This document shows, in pieces, positions 23,232-23,745 of a stretch of DNA of 23,745 bases. This DNA comes from Candidatus Thorarchaeota archaeon (GTDB lineage Archaea; Asgardarchaeota; Thorarchaeia; Thorarchaeales; Thorarchaeaceae), in the NCBI GenBank assembly GCA_038893995.1, contig JAWAQK010000038.1, positions 1-23,745 on the forward strand, read 5' to 3'. A model generated the notes under the pieces. That model was not told where the DNA came from and searched no databases. It saw only the letters and a list, made by a program, of their open reading frames with translations. The stretch's first letter is position 1. Every line of letters starts with the position of its first letter. A program made the translations under genes and the position numbers.

Positions 23232-23745
23232 GTTTGAATCAGACTAGAAGTAGGGTTGAAACAACTTCATGACGTCCCTCTCTTCAGGGACGTACCTGAG
23301 TTTGAATCAGACTAGAAGTAGGGTTGAAACGGTGAAAACGATGAAGCAAACGATAGAGCTAATGAAGTTTGAATCAGACTAGAAGTAGGGTTGAAACAGG
23401 AGCTCGCAGAGCTCGTCGTCGAGGAGCTCTTCGAGTTTGAATCAGACTAGAAGTAGGGTTGAAACAGGGGACTCAGTGGAACGAAGTCGTCATCAGGGCT
23501 GCGTTTGAATCAGACTAGAAGTAGGGTTGAAACCAGTGCCTCACGGACGAGCGTGCTCACAATGAGCAGGTTTGAATCAGACTAGAAGTAGGGTTGAAAC
23601 CGCTCCCACGGGGTCTGGAAAGACGGCCATCGCCTGTGTTTGAATCAGACTAGAAGTAGGGTTGAAACTTCTTGGCGATCAACGTGGTATATGATGCTGG
23701 TGTTGAGTTTGAATCAGACTAGAAGTAGGGTTGAAACACAGATCT
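23232..23745 (+). CRISPR. CRISPR array, repeat GTTTGAATCAGACTAGAAGTAGGGTTGAAAC (31 bp); 8 identical repeats, 7 full spacers (36-38 bp), truncated by the window end
   Basis: Repeats start at 23232, 23300, 23367, 23435, 23503, 23570, 23638 and 23707. The 3' end GTTGAAAC resembles the ATTGAAAC handle of class 1 (Cas6-processed) repeats. The leader on the left supports + orientation. Confidence 0.98.

Noticed and set aside
23263-23745. Self-targeting of spacers within the window
   Set aside because: No spacer match was found by eye in this window. The P-loops here (GPSGCGKTT, RGGTGKS) do not match spacer 6. The rest of the genome cannot be assessed.
1-23745. Transposase, integrase or prophage genes
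   Set aside because: No DDE, tyrosine/serine recombinase or viral structural motifs, and no terminal inverted repeats were recognised.

Overview
A gene-dense, moderately GC-rich archaeal chromosomal segment. It is most consistent with an Asgard archaeon (Thorarchaeia-like). That assignment is an inference from the longin/roadblock proteins, a Ras-superfamily-like G domain, a geranylgeranyl reductase, a tungsten AOR, GGTGA/GGAGG RBSs and frequent TTG/GTG starts. The left part is a signalling-rich block: a secreted Ig-like protein (partial), a uDENN/longin-like protein with six CxxC pairs (TackOD1-like), an MFS-like membrane protein fused to a RadA-N-type helix-hairpin-helix domain, and a PAS histidine kinase. 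These are followed by a tight three-gene unit of two paralogous longin plus tandem winged-helix proteins (NPRL2/NPRL3, i.e. GATOR1-like architecture; the second has an inserted roadblock domain) and a MinD/ParA-like ATPase. This three-gene unit is the best candidate for an undescribed system. A degenerate copy of the window's own CRISPR repeat overlaps the junction between the second longin gene and the MinD gene. The middle holds AOR plus an unannotated 48-aa upstream gene, a large polytopic membrane protein, GDPD, GGR, a FadD-like ligase, an APRT-like enzyme, a degenerate small GTPase with a long N-terminal extension, a C4 plus C2H2 zinc-finger protein, an orphan LolD-like ABC ATPase and endonuclease V. 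The right end is a leader plus a CRISPR array (31-bp repeat, 8 copies, truncated by the window edge) with no cas genes in view. All domain calls are by eye from motifs; no searches were run.
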